DNA from: Actinomycetales bacterium
GTDB lineage: Bacteria; Actinomycetota; Actinomycetes; Actinomycetales; JAHECE01
NCBI GenBank assembly: GCA_029975645.1
Contig: JARKOU010000002.1
Span: 2,987-66,986 of the forward strand
DNA length: 64,000 nt
Reading direction: 5' to 3'
Position numbers and translations under genes: made by a program. A model generated the notes under the pieces. It searched no databases. It was not told the origin of the DNA and saw only the letters and a list, made by a program, of their open reading frames with translations. Below, in pieces: positions 27,326 to 36,205 of the stretch (its first letter is position 1; each line of letters opens with the position of its first letter).

Positions 27326-28426
27326 GTGCAGCAGCTCCTCAGCTCCCTCGAGAGCACGCGACGCCTCGTCAGCGAGCGCCTGCGCTCGGCGGTGAGCGAG
27401 GCCGAGCGGCGCCTCGCCCATGTCGGTCCCGAGGCACAGGATCTCACCCGGGAGAGCGAGGACCTCCTGCGGGGAGGCAAGCGACTTCGGGCAGCCTTCG
27501 CGCTGGCCGGCTGGTCCGCATGCGGAGGGCCCGAGCCCTCGTCCTCCGAGTCTCCGGCGATAGCCGCGGGCGCAAGCCTCGAGCTCTTCCAGGCGGCGGC
27601 GCTGGTCCACGACGACGTGATGGACGGCTCGCTCACGCGGCGCGGCTGGCCGTCCGCGCACCGGCATCACGCCGCCCTCCACAGCGACCGGGGCTGGCTC
27701 GGATCGGCGGACCGCTTCGGTGAAGCCTCCGCGATCCTCCTCGGCGACCTCTTGCTCGTCATGAGCTTCCGCGAGATGTCCTGGGCAACCGCCCGCGTCG
27801 AGGACGTCGCAGCACAGCGCGCGCAGGACGTGTACGACCTCATGACCGCCGAGGTCACGCTCGGCCAGTACCTCGACATGGTCGCCCAGGCGGTCCCCTG
27901 GGCAGACGACCCGGCTCAGGACCGCGACCGCGCGGAACGGGTGGTGCGCAGCAAGTCCGCCCGCTACAGCGTGGAGCATCCGATCGTCCTGGGTGCCGCG
28001 CTTGCCGGCGCAGACGACGACACGCTCGCCGCCCTCTCCAGGTTCGGGCTCCCGATCGGTGAGGCCTTCCAGTTGCGCGACGACCTCCTGGGCACGTTCG
28101 GCGAGCCGTCCGTGACCGGGAAGCCGGCCGGCGACGACCTGCGCGAGGGCAAGCGCACGCTCCTCGTCGCCCATGCCCTCGACCACGCGACGCCACAGGA
28201 CCGCGCCGTGCTGACGGCCGACCTGGGCCGAACGGACCTGGACGACGCCGGCATCGACCGGCTGCGCGGAATCCTCGTCTCCACCGGGGCGGTCGAACAC
28301 GTCGAAGCCCTGATCGAGGAGCGCACGGCAACCGGATTCGCCGCCCTCGCCGAGGCCGGGCTCTCCGAGCGCGCGACCTTCGAGCTGCGCACCCTGGCGC
28401 GGCTCGCCGTCGAACGCACCGCCTGA
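27326..28426 (+). CDS. Polyprenyl (geranylgeranyl) diphosphate synthase, IdsA2/Rv2173-like
   Basis: Two aspartate-rich motifs are present: LVHDDVMD and FQLRDDLLG, plus GKPAGDDLREGK. The start is GTG 27326, divergent from the DUF4192 gene. Confidence 0.8.
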   Translation: MQQLLSSLESTRRLVSERLRSAVSEAERRLAHVGPEAQDLTRESEDLLRGGKRLRAAFALAGWSACGGPEPSSSESPAIAAGASLELFQAAALVHDDVMDGSLTRRGWPSAHRHHAALHSDRGWLGSADRFGEASAILLGDLLLVMSFREMSWATARVEDVAAQRAQDVYDLMTAEVTLGQYLDMVAQAVPWADDPAQDRDRAERVVRSKSARYSVEHPIVLGAALAGADDDTLAALSRFGLPIGEAFQLRDDLLGTFGEPSVTGKPAGDDLREGKRTLLVAHALDHATPQDRAVLTADLGRTDLDDAGIDRLRGILVSTGAVEHVEALIEERTATGFAALAEAGLSERATFELRTLARLAVERTA

Positions 28427-28441
28427 GCTCTCCCCGATTCG

Positions 28442-28465
28442 ACCGACCCGGTGGATCACCGGTCG
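28442..28465 (+). terminator. Stem-loop directly after the polyprenyl synthase stop (possible intrinsic terminator without a U-tract)
   Basis: CCGACCCGGTG-GAT-CACCGGTCGG forms a 10-bp stem with one bulged C and a 3-nt loop. No T-run follows, as is common in high-G+C actinobacteria. Confidence 0.35.
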
Positions 28466-28516
28466 GACAACCGAAACGTTGGCGCGACGCTCCTCCGAAC
28501 CCCTATCGTCGGGTTC

Positions 28517-28547
28517 GTCCCATTTGTCACATCGCTCCCATTCGTCA
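28517..28547 (+). promoter_or_regulatory. Direct repeat TCCCATTTGTCAC / TCCCATTCGTCAC in the leader of the LysM-SLT gene (GTCACA-type, MtrA-box-like)
   Basis: Two 13-nt units at 28517-28529 and 28535-28547 match at 12 of 13 positions, with a period of 18 nt. The first unit contains GTCACATCG, an 8/9 match to the mycobacterial MtrA motif GTCACAgcg as I recall it. Confidence 0.3.
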
Positions 28548-28619
28548 CTTACGCCACCATCGCGGCAGTCGGCGGCGGGAGGACCCGAGGACGCCCGTGC
28601 ACACGACCGGAGGTTCCCG

Positions 28620-29933
28620 ATGACGAGGCCCGCACCACGCCGAGCCCGTGCCGCCCGTGCCGTGCCCTCCGCCGGCATCGGCCTGGCGGTCATGGCCGTG
28701 TCGAGCGTGGTCGCCCCCGCGAGTGCCACCGCGGCTCCCGCGCCGGCCTCGCGAGCGATCCCGGCGACGACCTCCACCTCGGGTGCCCTGGCCACGCTCG
28801 CTGCCCCGCGGCTCGCACCGACCGTCAAGGCGCCCGCGCTCGTCCCGGCCACGACCCCGGAGATGACCTACGTGGTGGTCGCAGGCGACACGGTCAGCGC
28901 CATCGCCCGGCGCACGGGGACCACGGTCGAAGCGATCATCGCGGCGAACGGTCTCGGTCCTCGCGCGCTCATCCGGATCGGCCAGGTGTTGCGTATCCCG
29001 TCACCGGCGGGCGAATCCGCCCCGGTGAGCGTGGCACCGTCGCCGTCGGGCGTCCAGTACGTCGTTGCCGCCGGGGACACCGTCTGGAGTCTGGCCGCCC
29101 GCTACGGAACCACGGTCCCGGCGATCGTCGCCGCCAACGGCCTGGACTCCCGCGCCCTCATCCGCGTGGGCCAAACGCTCACCATCCCCGGCACGGCGAG
29201 CGCGCCCACCCCCGCCGCAGCCCCATCGCCTACCCCCGCCGTAGCGCCCACCCCCGCCGCTCCGGCCTCCGGCACCAGCTACGTCGTGGTCGCCGGCGAC
29301 ACCGTGTCCGGCATCGCCGCCCGCTACGGCACCACGGTCGCCGCCATCATCGCCGCCAACGGCCTGGACTCCCGCGCCCTCATCCGCGTGGGCCAAACCC
29401 TCACCATCCCCGGCGCCTCGGCCTCGGCCTCGGCACCAGCGCAGCAAGTTGTCCCCGACACCTTCGCGGGGCGCACCTACCCCGAGGCGACCGTCGCCTC
29501 GGCGAACCAGAACAAGGCGACCCTGCTGGCTCGCTCGGTCCCGAGCCGCGCGGAGATGCAGCAGATCGTCCGCTCCACCGCGCTCGCCATGGGCGTGGAT
29601 CCCGCGCTCGCGCAGGCGATCGCCTACCAGGAGTCCGGCTTCGACCAGCGAGCCGTGTCCCCTGCGAACGCGATCGGGACCATGCAGGTGATTCCGAGCT
29701 CCGGTGTCTGGGCCTCCCAGCTGGTCGGCCGGCCCCTGGACCTCCTGGACCCGCACGACAACGCCACGGCCGGCGTCGCGATCCTGCGCGCCCTCGTCCG
29801 TACCGCGCCGGACCTCCCGACGGCGATCGCGGGCTACTACCAAGGGCTCGGCTCGGTCACCCGCAACGGGATGTACGCGGACACGCGCCGCTACGTCGCG
29901 AACGTGCAGACCCTCATGACACGGTTCTCCTGA
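28620..29933 (+). CDS. Secreted peptidoglycan lytic transglycosylase with three LysM domains (LysMx3-SLT)
   Basis: ATG 28620 follows SD GGAGG. A signal-like N-terminus is present. There are three LysM repeats (Y.V..GDT...IA.RYGTTV..I.AANGL....LIR.GQ.L.IP). The C-terminal SLT domain has AYQESGFDQRAVSPANAIGTMQV...AGYYQG. Confidence 0.8.
   Translation: MTRPAPRRARAARAVPSAGIGLAVMAVSSVVAPASATAAPAPASRAIPATTSTSGALATLAAPRLAPTVKAPALVPATTPEMTYVVVAGDTVSAIARRTGTTVEAIIAANGLGPRALIRIGQVLRIPSPAGESAPVSVAPSPSGVQYVVAAGDTVWSLAARYGTTVPAIVAANGLDSRALIRVGQTLTIPGTASAPTPAAAPSPTPAVAPTPAAPASGTSYVVVAGDTVSGIAARYGTTVAAIIAANGLDSRALIRVGQTLTIPGASASASAPAQQVVPDTFAGRTYPEATVASANQNKATLLARSVPSRAEMQQIVRSTALAMGVDPALAQAIAYQESGFDQRAVSPANAIGTMQVIPSSGVWASQLVGRPLDLLDPHDNATAGVAILRALVRTAPDLPTAIAGYYQGLGSVTRNGMYADTRRYVANVQTLMTRFS
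29094..29192 (+). repeat. Intragenic 99-nt repeat, copy 1 (LysM module 2)
   Basis: It is nearly identical to 29316-29414, including an uninterrupted identical run TCGCCGCCAACGGCCTGGACTCCCGCGCCCTCATCCGCGTGGGCCAAAC. Confidence 0.85.
29316..29414 (+). repeat. Intragenic 99-nt repeat, copy 2 (LysM module 3)
   Basis: This is the partner of 29094-29192. Confidence 0.85.
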
Positions 29934-29970
29934 CCCGAGGGGCATCCCAGGGCGACCGTAGACTCCCCAC

Positions 29971-31908
29971 GTGGGAGCGACCGTCACCGATCCTCTCGTC
30001 GGTCACGTTGTCGACGAGCGGTACGAGATCACCGCGCGCATCGCGCGCGGTGGCATGGCCACGGTGTACCGCGCCGTGGACCGACGCCTCGAACGCGAGG
30101 TCGCGCTCAAGATCATGCACCCTCACCTCGCGGAAGGGGCCGACGTCGTCGCGCGCTTCCAACGCGAGGCGCGGGCGTCCGCCCGGCTCTCCCACCCCGG
30201 CATCGTCGGCGTGTACGACCAGGGCAGCGACGGCGACACCGCCTACCTCGCGCTCGAGCACGTAGCCGGGCCGGACCTGCGCGCCGTGCTCCGCGAGCGC
30301 GGAACGCTCCCCCTCGGCGAGGCGCTCGATGTGGTCGAGGCCGTGCTCGACGCCCTCGCTGCGGCCCACGCGGCGGGTCTGGTGCACCGCGACGTCAAGC
30401 CGGAGAACGTGCTCATCGCCGCCGACGGCCGCGTGAAGGTCGCCGACTTCGGGCTCGCCCGGGCCGTGACCGAGGCGACGGCGGCTACGACCGGGACGGT
30501 CCTCGGGACGGTCGCCTACCTCCCCCCGGAGGTGGTCACGTCCGGCGCCGCGGACGCCCGCGCGGATGTGTACGCCTGCGGCGTCATGCTCTACGAGCTC
30601 CTCACGGGGCGCCAGCCCCTCGCCGGCGAGACCGCCATCCGCACGGCGTACCGCCACGTGCACGAGGACGTCCCCGCGCCGTCGCTGCTCATGCCCTGGC
30701 TGCCGGTCGAGATCGACGACGCCGTCGCCGCCTTCTGCGCACGGGACCCCCAGGAGCGACCGCTCGACGCCGGGGCCGCGCTCGTCCTCCTGCGCCGGGC
30801 CCACCTGGCCATCGACGAGGCGACGCTCAGCCGGCAGGCCGCTCCCCCGGCCACGCCCGCACCCGCCGACGACGAATCGGCTCTCGCACCCTCCCCCGAC
30901 CACGAACCGACCCAGTCGATCGGACTCGCCTCGAGCACGGGGACGGCGGCCCTCCCGCTGGGTGCGCTCGCGGCCCCCTCGCTCGACGAGGCGCCGGACG
31001 CCGGAGCCCCCGGTGGACCGGCCCGGCGGCGGCGGACGGTCCGCGTGCTCCTGGTCGCGGGAATCCTGGCGCTTCTGGGCGCCGGCTCCTGGTGGTGGTT
31101 CGCACTCGGGCCGGGCGCCTACACCCGGGTCCCTGACGTGACCGGGCTGGCGGCCGACGCGGCGCTCACCGAGATCGAGGACGCGGGCCTGCGAGCCGAC
31201 GTGACCCAGGCGCACGACGACGTCGTACCCGAGGGCCTCGTGGTGAATACGTCACCGGGCCCCGGCGAGCCGGTCCTGAAGGACGGCGCGGTGGGTGTGG
31301 TGGTCTCGCTCGGGATCCTCATGCTCGAGGTCCCGGAGATCGCGGGGGTGGCCGAGTCCGACGCGCTCACGACGCTGACGGACGCCGGCCTCGTCGTGGG
31401 CACGGTGAGCCGGCCCTACGACATGACGGTCCCGCTCGGAGTCGTGATCTCGACGAACCCGGGCGCCGGTGAGGTCATCCCGCACAACCGTCCCGTGGAC
31501 GTGGTGGTCTCGAACGGACGCGAGCCGGTGACGATCCCGTCGGTGGCCGGTGCGCAGCAGGCCGACGCCGAGCAGGCGCTCACCGATGCCGGCCTGGTTC
31601 CGCAGGTGCTCACGGACTACTCCGACGACGTCCCGACGGGCCAGGTCATCGGCCAGGACCCCGCGCCGGGCCCGGCCCTGCGCGGTGACACGGTCCGCCT
31701 CACCGTCTCCCTGGGGCCGCGCCTCGTCGCCGTCCCGGCCGTGGTCGGCAAGCAGGTGGACGACGCGACGCGCATCCTCGAGGACGCCGGGTTCGTCGTG
31801 CGCGTCGAGCGGGTGCTCGGCGGGTTCTTCGGGACCGTTCGTGCGTCCGACCCCACCGCGGGAACCGCGATCCCCCGCGGCTCGACCGTCACGTTGACGA
31901 TCGTCTGA
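29971..31908 (+). CDS. Transmembrane Ser/Thr protein kinase with four extracellular PASTA domains (PknB-like)
   Basis: The Hanks kinase motifs are RGGMATVYRA, VALKIM, HRDVKPENVLI, DFGLAR and GTVAYLPPE. A TM helix VLLVAGILALLGAGSWWWFAL follows, then four PASTA units such as VPDVTGL...AL..I.DAGL. Confidence 0.85.
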   Translation: MGATVTDPLVGHVVDERYEITARIARGGMATVYRAVDRRLEREVALKIMHPHLAEGADVVARFQREARASARLSHPGIVGVYDQGSDGDTAYLALEHVAGPDLRAVLRERGTLPLGEALDVVEAVLDALAAAHAAGLVHRDVKPENVLIAADGRVKVADFGLARAVTEATAATTGTVLGTVAYLPPEVVTSGAADARADVYACGVMLYELLTGRQPLAGETAIRTAYRHVHEDVPAPSLLMPWLPVEIDDAVAAFCARDPQERPLDAGAALVLLRRAHLAIDEATLSRQAAPPATPAPADDESALAPSPDHEPTQSIGLASSTGTAALPLGALAAPSLDEAPDAGAPGGPARRRRTVRVLLVAGILALLGAGSWWWFALGPGAYTRVPDVTGLAADAALTEIEDAGLRADVTQAHDDVVPEGLVVNTSPGPGEPVLKDGAVGVVVSLGILMLEVPEIAGVAESDALTTLTDAGLVVGTVSRPYDMTVPLGVVISTNPGAGEVIPHNRPVDVVVSNGREPVTIPSVAGAQQADAEQALTDAGLVPQVLTDYSDDVPTGQVIGQDPAPGPALRGDTVRLTVSLGPRLVAVPAVVGKQVDDATRILEDAGFVVRVERVLGGFFGTVRASDPTAGTAIPRGSTVTLTIV

Positions 31909-31912
31909 CGCG

Positions 31913-32518
31913 CTACTCCTGGTAGGCGTACCGCTCCTCGCGCCACGCGTCGCCGTGCATGTGGTAGCCGCGTTCCTCCCAGAACCCCCGGACCGGCGTG
32001 GTCAGGTAGTTCCAGCCGCGCACCCACTTGGGGCCCTTCCAGCTGTAGAGGTGCGGGATGACCAGGCGCAGCGGCGCACCCCGCTCGGGGGTCAGGGCCT
32101 CACCGCCGAGGTGCGTCGCGAGGATCGCCCGCCCGGAGTCCAGGTCCTCGAGGCGGACCGTCGCGGCGTACCCGTACTCCGCGAAGACGAGCACGTGCTC
32201 CACGTCCGGCGCGGGCGGGGCAAGGGCGATGACGTCGCGCGCCGGGACGCCCGACCACCGCAGGTCCAGCACGCTCCAATGCGTCGCACAGTGCAGGTCG
32301 GCCACGACGTCGAGCCGCGGCAGCCCGAGGATGGTCTCGAGGTCGAAGGCGCGTTCCGCGCCGTCGGCGGTGGCCCCGCCGATCGTGAAGCGCCAGCGCT
32401 CCGGCCGTGGCTTAGGCACCGGTCCGTAGTGCATGATCGGCAGCCGACCGACCAGGCGCTGGCCCGGCGGGAGGCTCCGGTCCGGGGGGACGTCGAGGAT
32501 GCCGCCGGGAATCGGCAT
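31913..32518 (-). CDS. Sulfite-oxidase-fold molybdopterin-dependent oxidoreductase (small, YedY/MsrP-like)
   Basis: MPIPGGILDV...RWRFTIGG...LHCATHWSVLDLRWSGVPARDV...LRLVIPHLYSWKGPKWVRGW. The start is ATG 32518. The rest of the 475-aa ORF is read-through. Confidence 0.65.
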   Translation of the reverse strand: MPIPGGILDVPPDRSLPPGQRLVGRLPIMHYGPVPKPRPERWRFTIGGATADGAERAFDLETILGLPRLDVVADLHCATHWSVLDLRWSGVPARDVIALAPPAPDVEHVLVFAEYGYAATVRLEDLDSGRAILATHLGGEALTPERGAPLRLVIPHLYSWKGPKWVRGWNYLTTPVRGFWEERGYHMHGDAWREERYAYQE

Positions 32519-32556
32519 GGCGAGATGATCAGCCCGACCCCCTGCGTCGGTCACGA

Positions 32557-33909
32557 TCAGCGCTCCCGCAGCATCTCCGCGACCTGGAAGGCCATCTCCA
32601 GGGACTGCTGGTGGTTCAGTCGAGGGTCCACGAGCGTCTCGTACCGACGGCTGAGGCCGATGTCGTCGATCTCCTCGCTGCCACCCATCACCTCGGTGAC
32701 GTCGTCGCCCGTCAACTCGACGTGCAGGCCACCCGGCACCGTCCCGAGCGCGGAGTGGACCTCGAAGAAGCCCTTCACCTCGTCGAGCACCACGCCGAAG
32801 TCCCGGGTCTTGTACCCGCTCGGGGCGGCGAACGTGTTCCCGTGCATCGGGTCGCACACCCACGTGACCGGGTTGCCGCCCGCCTCGACCTTCTCGACGA
32901 GCGAGGGCAGGACGTCGCGGATCCGTCCGGCGCCCATCCGGGTGATGAAGGTCAGCCGGCCGGGCACGCCGTCGGGGTTGAGCTTGTCCTGCAGCGCGAG
33001 CGCGGTCTCCGCGGACGTGGACGGCCCCAACTTCACCCCGATCGGGTTCGTGACCCGGGAGAGGAAGTCCACGTGGGCGCCGTCGATCTCGCGGGTGCGC
33101 TCGCCGATCCATAGGAAGTGGGCCGAGCAGTCGTACGGGTGCCCGGTCCGGGAGTCGAATCGGGTCAGAGCCCGTTCGTAGTCCAGGAGGAGCGCCTCGT
33201 GACTCGAGAAGAACTCCACCGTGCGCAGCCCGTCGAAGTCGGCGCCGGCCGCAGCCATGAAGCGGATCGCCCGGTCGATCTCCGCGGCCAGGGCCTCGTA
33301 GCGCGCGTAAGCGGGGTTCGCCATGAACCCGCGGTTCCACTCGTGCACACGGCGCATGTCGGCGAAACCGCCCGCGGTGAACGCCCGGATGAGGTTCAGC
33401 GTCGCGGCCGAGGTGTGGTAGGCCCGCACCATCCGCTGCGGGTCCGGGCGACGCGACTCGGGAGTGAAGTCGTGTGCGTTGACGGCGTCCCCCCGGTACG
33501 CGGGGAGGACGACGCCGTCGCGCGCCTCGTCGTCGCTGGAACGCGGCTTGGCGTACTGGCCCGCCATCCTGCCCATCTTGATGACGGGCAGGCTCGCGCC
33601 GTAGGTGAGGACGATCGCCATCTGGAGGATCGTCTTGATCTTGTTGCGGATCCGGTCGGCGGTGGCCTCGGCGAAGGTCTCGGCGCAGTCCCCGCCCTGG
33701 AGCAGGAACGCCTCTCCTCGGCCCGCCCTGCCGAGGAGGTCGCGGAGTCGGTCGGCCTCGCCCGCGAAGACGAGCGGCGGGGACGCGGCGAGCTCGGCCG
33801 TCGCGACGGCGAGTGCGTCCGGATCGGGCCAGGTCGGTTGCTGTCCGGCGTGCAGGGTGCGCCAGTGGTCGAGCCCGGCGACGACGTCAGGATCGGGGAG
33901 GACGGTCAC
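32557..33909 (-). CDS. aroG: Class II 3-deoxy-7-phosphoheptulonate (DAHP) synthase
   Basis: The 450-aa protein reads QQPTWPD...FLLQGGDCAETF...KMGRMAGQYAKPRS...WIGERTR...CDPMHGNT, the class II (plant/actinobacterial) DAHPS pattern. It sits in the syntenic position of Mtb aroG (Rv2178c). Confidence 0.9.
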   Translation of the reverse strand: MTVLPDPDVVAGLDHWRTLHAGQQPTWPDPDALAVATAELAASPPLVFAGEADRLRDLLGRAGRGEAFLLQGGDCAETFAEATADRIRNKIKTILQMAIVLTYGASLPVIKMGRMAGQYAKPRSSDDEARDGVVLPAYRGDAVNAHDFTPESRRPDPQRMVRAYHTSAATLNLIRAFTAGGFADMRRVHEWNRGFMANPAYARYEALAAEIDRAIRFMAAAGADFDGLRTVEFFSSHEALLLDYERALTRFDSRTGHPYDCSAHFLWIGERTREIDGAHVDFLSRVTNPIGVKLGPSTSAETALALQDKLNPDGVPGRLTFITRMGAGRIRDVLPSLVEKVEAGGNPVTWVCDPMHGNTFAAPSGYKTRDFGVVLDEVKGFFEVHSALGTVPGGLHVELTGDDVTEVMGGSEEIDDIGLSRRYETLVDPRLNHQQSLEMAFQVAEMLRER

Positions 33910-33992
33910 GGCGATCAGGATAGAGGTCGCGAGGCAGGGCCCTTGCGCAGCGTGCGCTGAGCCCCGCCCGACGACCGGTGTGTCGCGCCGGC

Positions 33993-35222
33993 TCAGACGT
34001 GACCGACGACGTCCGCCGGCTTCAGCGTCTGCCCGATCTCCGCCAGCAACTCGACGAACCAGCGTTCGTTGACATCGAACGCCTTGCCGCCGGCGATCCG
34101 GTGGAAGGGGATGGCCTTCAGCGTGTCGTCGTCCTGCTCGTCGTGCCCGATCACGCCGGACTCCCCACGCAGGGCGCAGTCCACCGCGAGGTCGGTCATC
34201 GTCCGGATCAGCGCGAGGTCACGGGCGTTGGCCGCCGCGGACCGCGAGAAGTACCCGCTCTTCTGGACCATGACCTTCTCGGCACCGATGCGCTCGGAGA
34301 ACTGCCGGGCGAACCACTGACCGGGGTTGATCAGGTCCAGCTTGACGTGCCCGAAGGGGTCGCGCTGGACCTCCTCGCCGTTCGCCTCCATCTCCGCGAT
34401 GATCTCGGGCACCCCGGCACCCTCCGAGAGGAAGATGTTGACGTTCCCCACCTCGTCCATCACGGCGCCCAACCGCTCGGCCTCGCCGTCGAGGTCGATG
34501 GCGAGTTCGGGGAGGAACACGGCGTGGACGTCCCACCGCTCGCGCCGCAGTCCGATCGTCGGGTTCCACTCGCGCGAGTCCAGCCACGTGCGGTACTCCT
34601 TCGCCGTGGCTGCCGCGAGCCACCCGCAGTGGCGGCCCATGATCTCGTGGACGATGAGCATCCGTGGGTTCGACGCGTGCTCGCCGATGATCCGCTGGGC
34701 GAACTGGCTGCCCTGATCGGCCGCGGTCCAGGCGCCGAGCGACTGCCGGATCGGGATGATGTCGTTGTCGATGGTCTTCGGCAGCCCGACCACGGTGAGG
34801 TCGTACTGGTTCTCCAGGAGGTAGCGGGCGAGGTCCGCCGCCGTCGTGTTGGTGTCGTCGCCGCCGATCGTGTGGAGGATGTCGACGCCGTCCTTGCGGA
34901 GCTGCTCGGCGGCGACGGCGAGCGGGTCCTCACCCGGCTTGATCAGTCCCCGGTGGAGGAGGTTCTTGATGTTGGTCAACTTCACCCGGCTGTTCCCGAT
35001 CGGGCTGCCGCCGAACTGGTGGAGGAGGTGCGCCTGGGCACGGGCGTCGTCGTCGATGAGCACGCTGTGCCCCGAGAGCAGACCGTGGTAGCCGTAGGTG
35101 TAGGCCAGGATCTCGACCTCCGGGGCCACCTCGGTGTAGCGCTCGATCAAGCCACCGACCGCTGAGGAGAGGCACGGGGCGAAGCCACCGGCGGTGAGCA
35201 GGGCGACACGGCGAACCGACAT
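33993..35222 (-). CDS. pfp: Pyrophosphate-dependent 6-phosphofructokinase
   Basis: The PFK fold shows GGDDTN and PKTIDND. ATP-dependent enzymes have GGDGS and PGTIDND, so these residues indicate PPi dependence. The N-terminus is VALLTAGGFAPCLSS. Confidence 0.8.
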   Translation of the reverse strand: MSVRRVALLTAGGFAPCLSSAVGGLIERYTEVAPEVEILAYTYGYHGLLSGHSVLIDDDARAQAHLLHQFGGSPIGNSRVKLTNIKNLLHRGLIKPGEDPLAVAAEQLRKDGVDILHTIGGDDTNTTAADLARYLLENQYDLTVVGLPKTIDNDIIPIRQSLGAWTAADQGSQFAQRIIGEHASNPRMLIVHEIMGRHCGWLAAATAKEYRTWLDSREWNPTIGLRRERWDVHAVFLPELAIDLDGEAERLGAVMDEVGNVNIFLSEGAGVPEIIAEMEANGEEVQRDPFGHVKLDLINPGQWFARQFSERIGAEKVMVQKSGYFSRSAAANARDLALIRTMTDLAVDCALRGESGVIGHDEQDDDTLKAIPFHRIAGGKAFDVNERWFVELLAEIGQTLKPADVVGHV

Positions 35223-35335
35223 GTTCGTACAGACCTTCCGTTGCGGGATGCGACCGCGAAACCCTGGGCGATCATCTCCATGCTAGCGAAGGGGATGGGC
35301 GCCGGATCGGGCCGATGGCCCGCCGATTCGCGGGA

Positions 35336-36136
35336 TCAGCGACGTACGGACGCGGGCGGCGTGGTGCCCGACTCACCCTCTGCCGGCCCGGGGACCCCGG
35401 TCTCGGGGGCGCGGCGCCCGCCCGGGGCTGCCGCCCGTCCGGCAGCCGAGGCGGCGTCGCCGCCCGCGAGCCGGGCCTTCATGGTCGCCGCATACATGTC
35501 GACGTACTCCTGGCCCGAGAGGGTCATGATCGCGTACATGATCTCGTCGGTGACCGAGCGCAGGACGAACCGGTCGTTCTCCATGCCCCGGTAGCGGCTG
35601 AAGTCCATCGGTTCGCCGATCACGATGCCGATGCGGTGGAACTTGGGGATCCGCTTCCCGATCGGCTGCGCGATGTTGGTCTCGATCATCGCGACCGGGA
35701 TCACCGGGGCACCGGACTCGAGCGCGAGCCGGGCGACGCCGGTCTTGCCTCGGTAGAGCCTGCCGTCCGGGCTCCGCGTCCCCTCGGGGTAGATGCCGAA
35801 CAACTGGTTCTCGCGCAGAACCTTCAGGCCGGTGTTCAGCGCCGCCTCGCTGGCCTTCCCGCCCGAGCGGTCCACCGGGATCGTGCCGACCCCCCGCATG
35901 AATCCGGCGACGAACCGCCCACGGAAGCCCGTGCCCGTGAAGTAGTCCTGCTTGCCGAGGAACACCAAGCGGCGAGACATCATCAACGGCAGGAAGAACG
36001 AGTCGATGACCGCGAGGTGGTTGCTCGCGAGGATCGCCGGCCCCTCGTCCGGGATGTGCTCCGCGCCCCGGATCCAGGGTTGGTAGAAAACGCGCAGGAT
36101 GGTTCCCAGCGTCGCCTTCATGAGCCGGTAGAACAA
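35336..36136 (-). CDS. Lysophospholipid (1-acyl-sn-glycerol-3-phosphate) acyltransferase family protein
   Basis: The catalytic motifs are NHLAVIDSFF (HX4D) and IYPEGTRSPDG. The start is TTG 36136, 6 nt after SD GGAGG; ATG 36121 is an alternative. Confidence 0.8.
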   Translation of the reverse strand: MFYRLMKATLGTILRVFYQPWIRGAEHIPDEGPAILASNHLAVIDSFFLPLMMSRRLVFLGKQDYFTGTGFRGRFVAGFMRGVGTIPVDRSGGKASEAALNTGLKVLRENQLFGIYPEGTRSPDGRLYRGKTGVARLALESGAPVIPVAMIETNIAQPIGKRIPKFHRIGIVIGEPMDFSRYRGMENDRFVLRSVTDEIMYAIMTLSGQEYVDMYAATMKARLAGGDAASAAGRAAAPGGRRAPETGVPGPAEGESGTTPPASVRR

Positions 36137-36205
36137 GGAGCACCTCCGCGCTGCCGCTGAAGTCGTCGCCTGCGGCTGCGTCCGCCCGCACCACCGCACT
36201 CTAGA

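Noticed and set aside
28466-28619. c-di-AMP (ydaO-type) riboswitch in the leader of the LysM-SLT hydrolase gene.
   Set aside because: The context is right, since cell-wall hydrolase genes in actinobacteria often carry it. I could find only CCGAACCC and GGAGGACCC-like fragments. I did not find the paired GGGGACCCA / GGGGTGAATC / CCCGCCCGAA elements. cmsearch with RF00379 would be decisive.
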